A stretch of DNA of 64,000 bases, taken from assembly GCF_902713615.1 (NCBI RefSeq), contig NW_024056012.1, positions 62,001 to 126,000 on the forward strand, in the 5' to 3' direction. The notes under the pieces were generated by a model. That model had not been told where the DNA came from. It did no database searches and saw nothing but the letters and a program-made list of their open reading frames with translations. This document shows, piece by piece, positions 63,061-64,000 of the stretch. The position numbers and the translations under genes are program-made. Every line of letters begins with the position of its first letter. Within the stretch, counting starts at the first letter, position 1. Source of the stretch: Scyliorhinus canicula (Eukaryota).

Positions 63061-63149
63061 CGTCGCAGAAATGATCGGTGGAACGGCATCTTTCTATACT
63101 GTAAAACTCTCAGACTCCATGACCCTATGACAGAGTCTAAAGCAATGAT

Positions 63150-64000
63150 CACTAATACAAAGAACAAAGAAAATTACAGCACAGGAACAGGCCCTTCGGC
63201 CCTCCCAGCCTGCACCGATCCAGATCCTTTATCTAAACCTGTCGCCTATTTTCCAAGGAGCTACTTCCCTCCGTTCCCCGCCCGTTCATATACCTGTCCA
63301 GATGCCTCTTAAATGATGCTCTCGTACCGGCCTCGACCACCTCCGCTGGCAAAGCATTCCAGGCACCCACCACCCTCTGCGTAAAATACTTTCCACGCAC
63401 ATCTCCCTTAAACCTTCCCCCTCTCACCTTGAAATCGTGACCTCTTGTAATTGACACCCCCACTCTTGGAAAAAGCTTGTTGCGATCCACCCTGTCCATA
63501 CCTCTCATAATTTTGTAGACCTCAATCAGGTCCCCCCTCAACCTCCGACTTTCCAACGAAAACAATCCTAATCTACTCAACCTATCTTCATAGCTTGCAC
63601 GCTCCATACCAGACAACATCCTGGTGAACCTCCTCTGCACCCTCTCTAAAGCATCCACATCCTTCTGGTAATGTGGCGACCAGAACTGCACGCAGTATTC
63701 CAAATGTGGCCTCACCAAAGTCCTATACAACTGTAACATGACCTGCCGACTCTTGTACTCAATACCCCGTCGGATGAAGGCAAGCATGCTGTATGCCTTC
63801 TTGACCGCTCTATCGACCTGCGTTGCCACCTTCAGGGTACAATGGACCTGAACTTCCAGATCTCTCTGTACATCAATTTTCCCCAGGACTCTTCCATTGA
63901 CCATATAGTCCGCTCTTGAATTAGACCTTCCAAAATGCATCACCTGCATTTGCCTGGATTGAACTCCATCTGCCATTTCTCTGCCCAACTCGCCAATCTA
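63150..64000 (-). mobile_element. CR1 LINE 3' part (continues beyond the window)
   Basis: ORF 63233-63988 with LEYCVQFWSPHYQKDVDALERVQRRFTRM; tail caaagaacaaagaa. Confidence 0.92.

Overview
Eukaryotic, non-microbial DNA. The SINE, CR1 and Penelope repeat families and the zinc-finger style point to a cartilaginous fish, probably a catshark-like shark (inference). Five zones: (1) 1-13.3 kb holds a C2H2 zinc-finger gene (-) and ZNF remnants between two inverted paralogous blocks, plus a decayed L1-clade LINE, SINEs and a probable solo LTR. (2) 13.5-15.1 kb is a young CR1 LINE with an open RT ORF. (3) 15.1-21.2 kb is a duplicated and inverted tRNA cluster (Val, an Arg-derived copy, and two tRNA-Pro(UGG) copies carrying an 18-nt canonical-position intron); most copies look decayed. 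(4) 21.7-49.5 kb is a dense array of T-cell-receptor-type V gene segments (TRAV/TRDV-like: leader exon, V exon and 23-bp-spacer RSS). Four open V segments lie on the minus strand and one questionable open V with a doubled RSS on the plus strand, among many pseudogenes and a ~3-3.5 kb tandemly duplicated four-V cassette. (5) 50-64 kb has a 78-bp minisatellite, an assembly gap, a Penelope element with a 5' inversion and CR1 debris. No D, J or C segments were recognised. All alignments and counts were done by eye.
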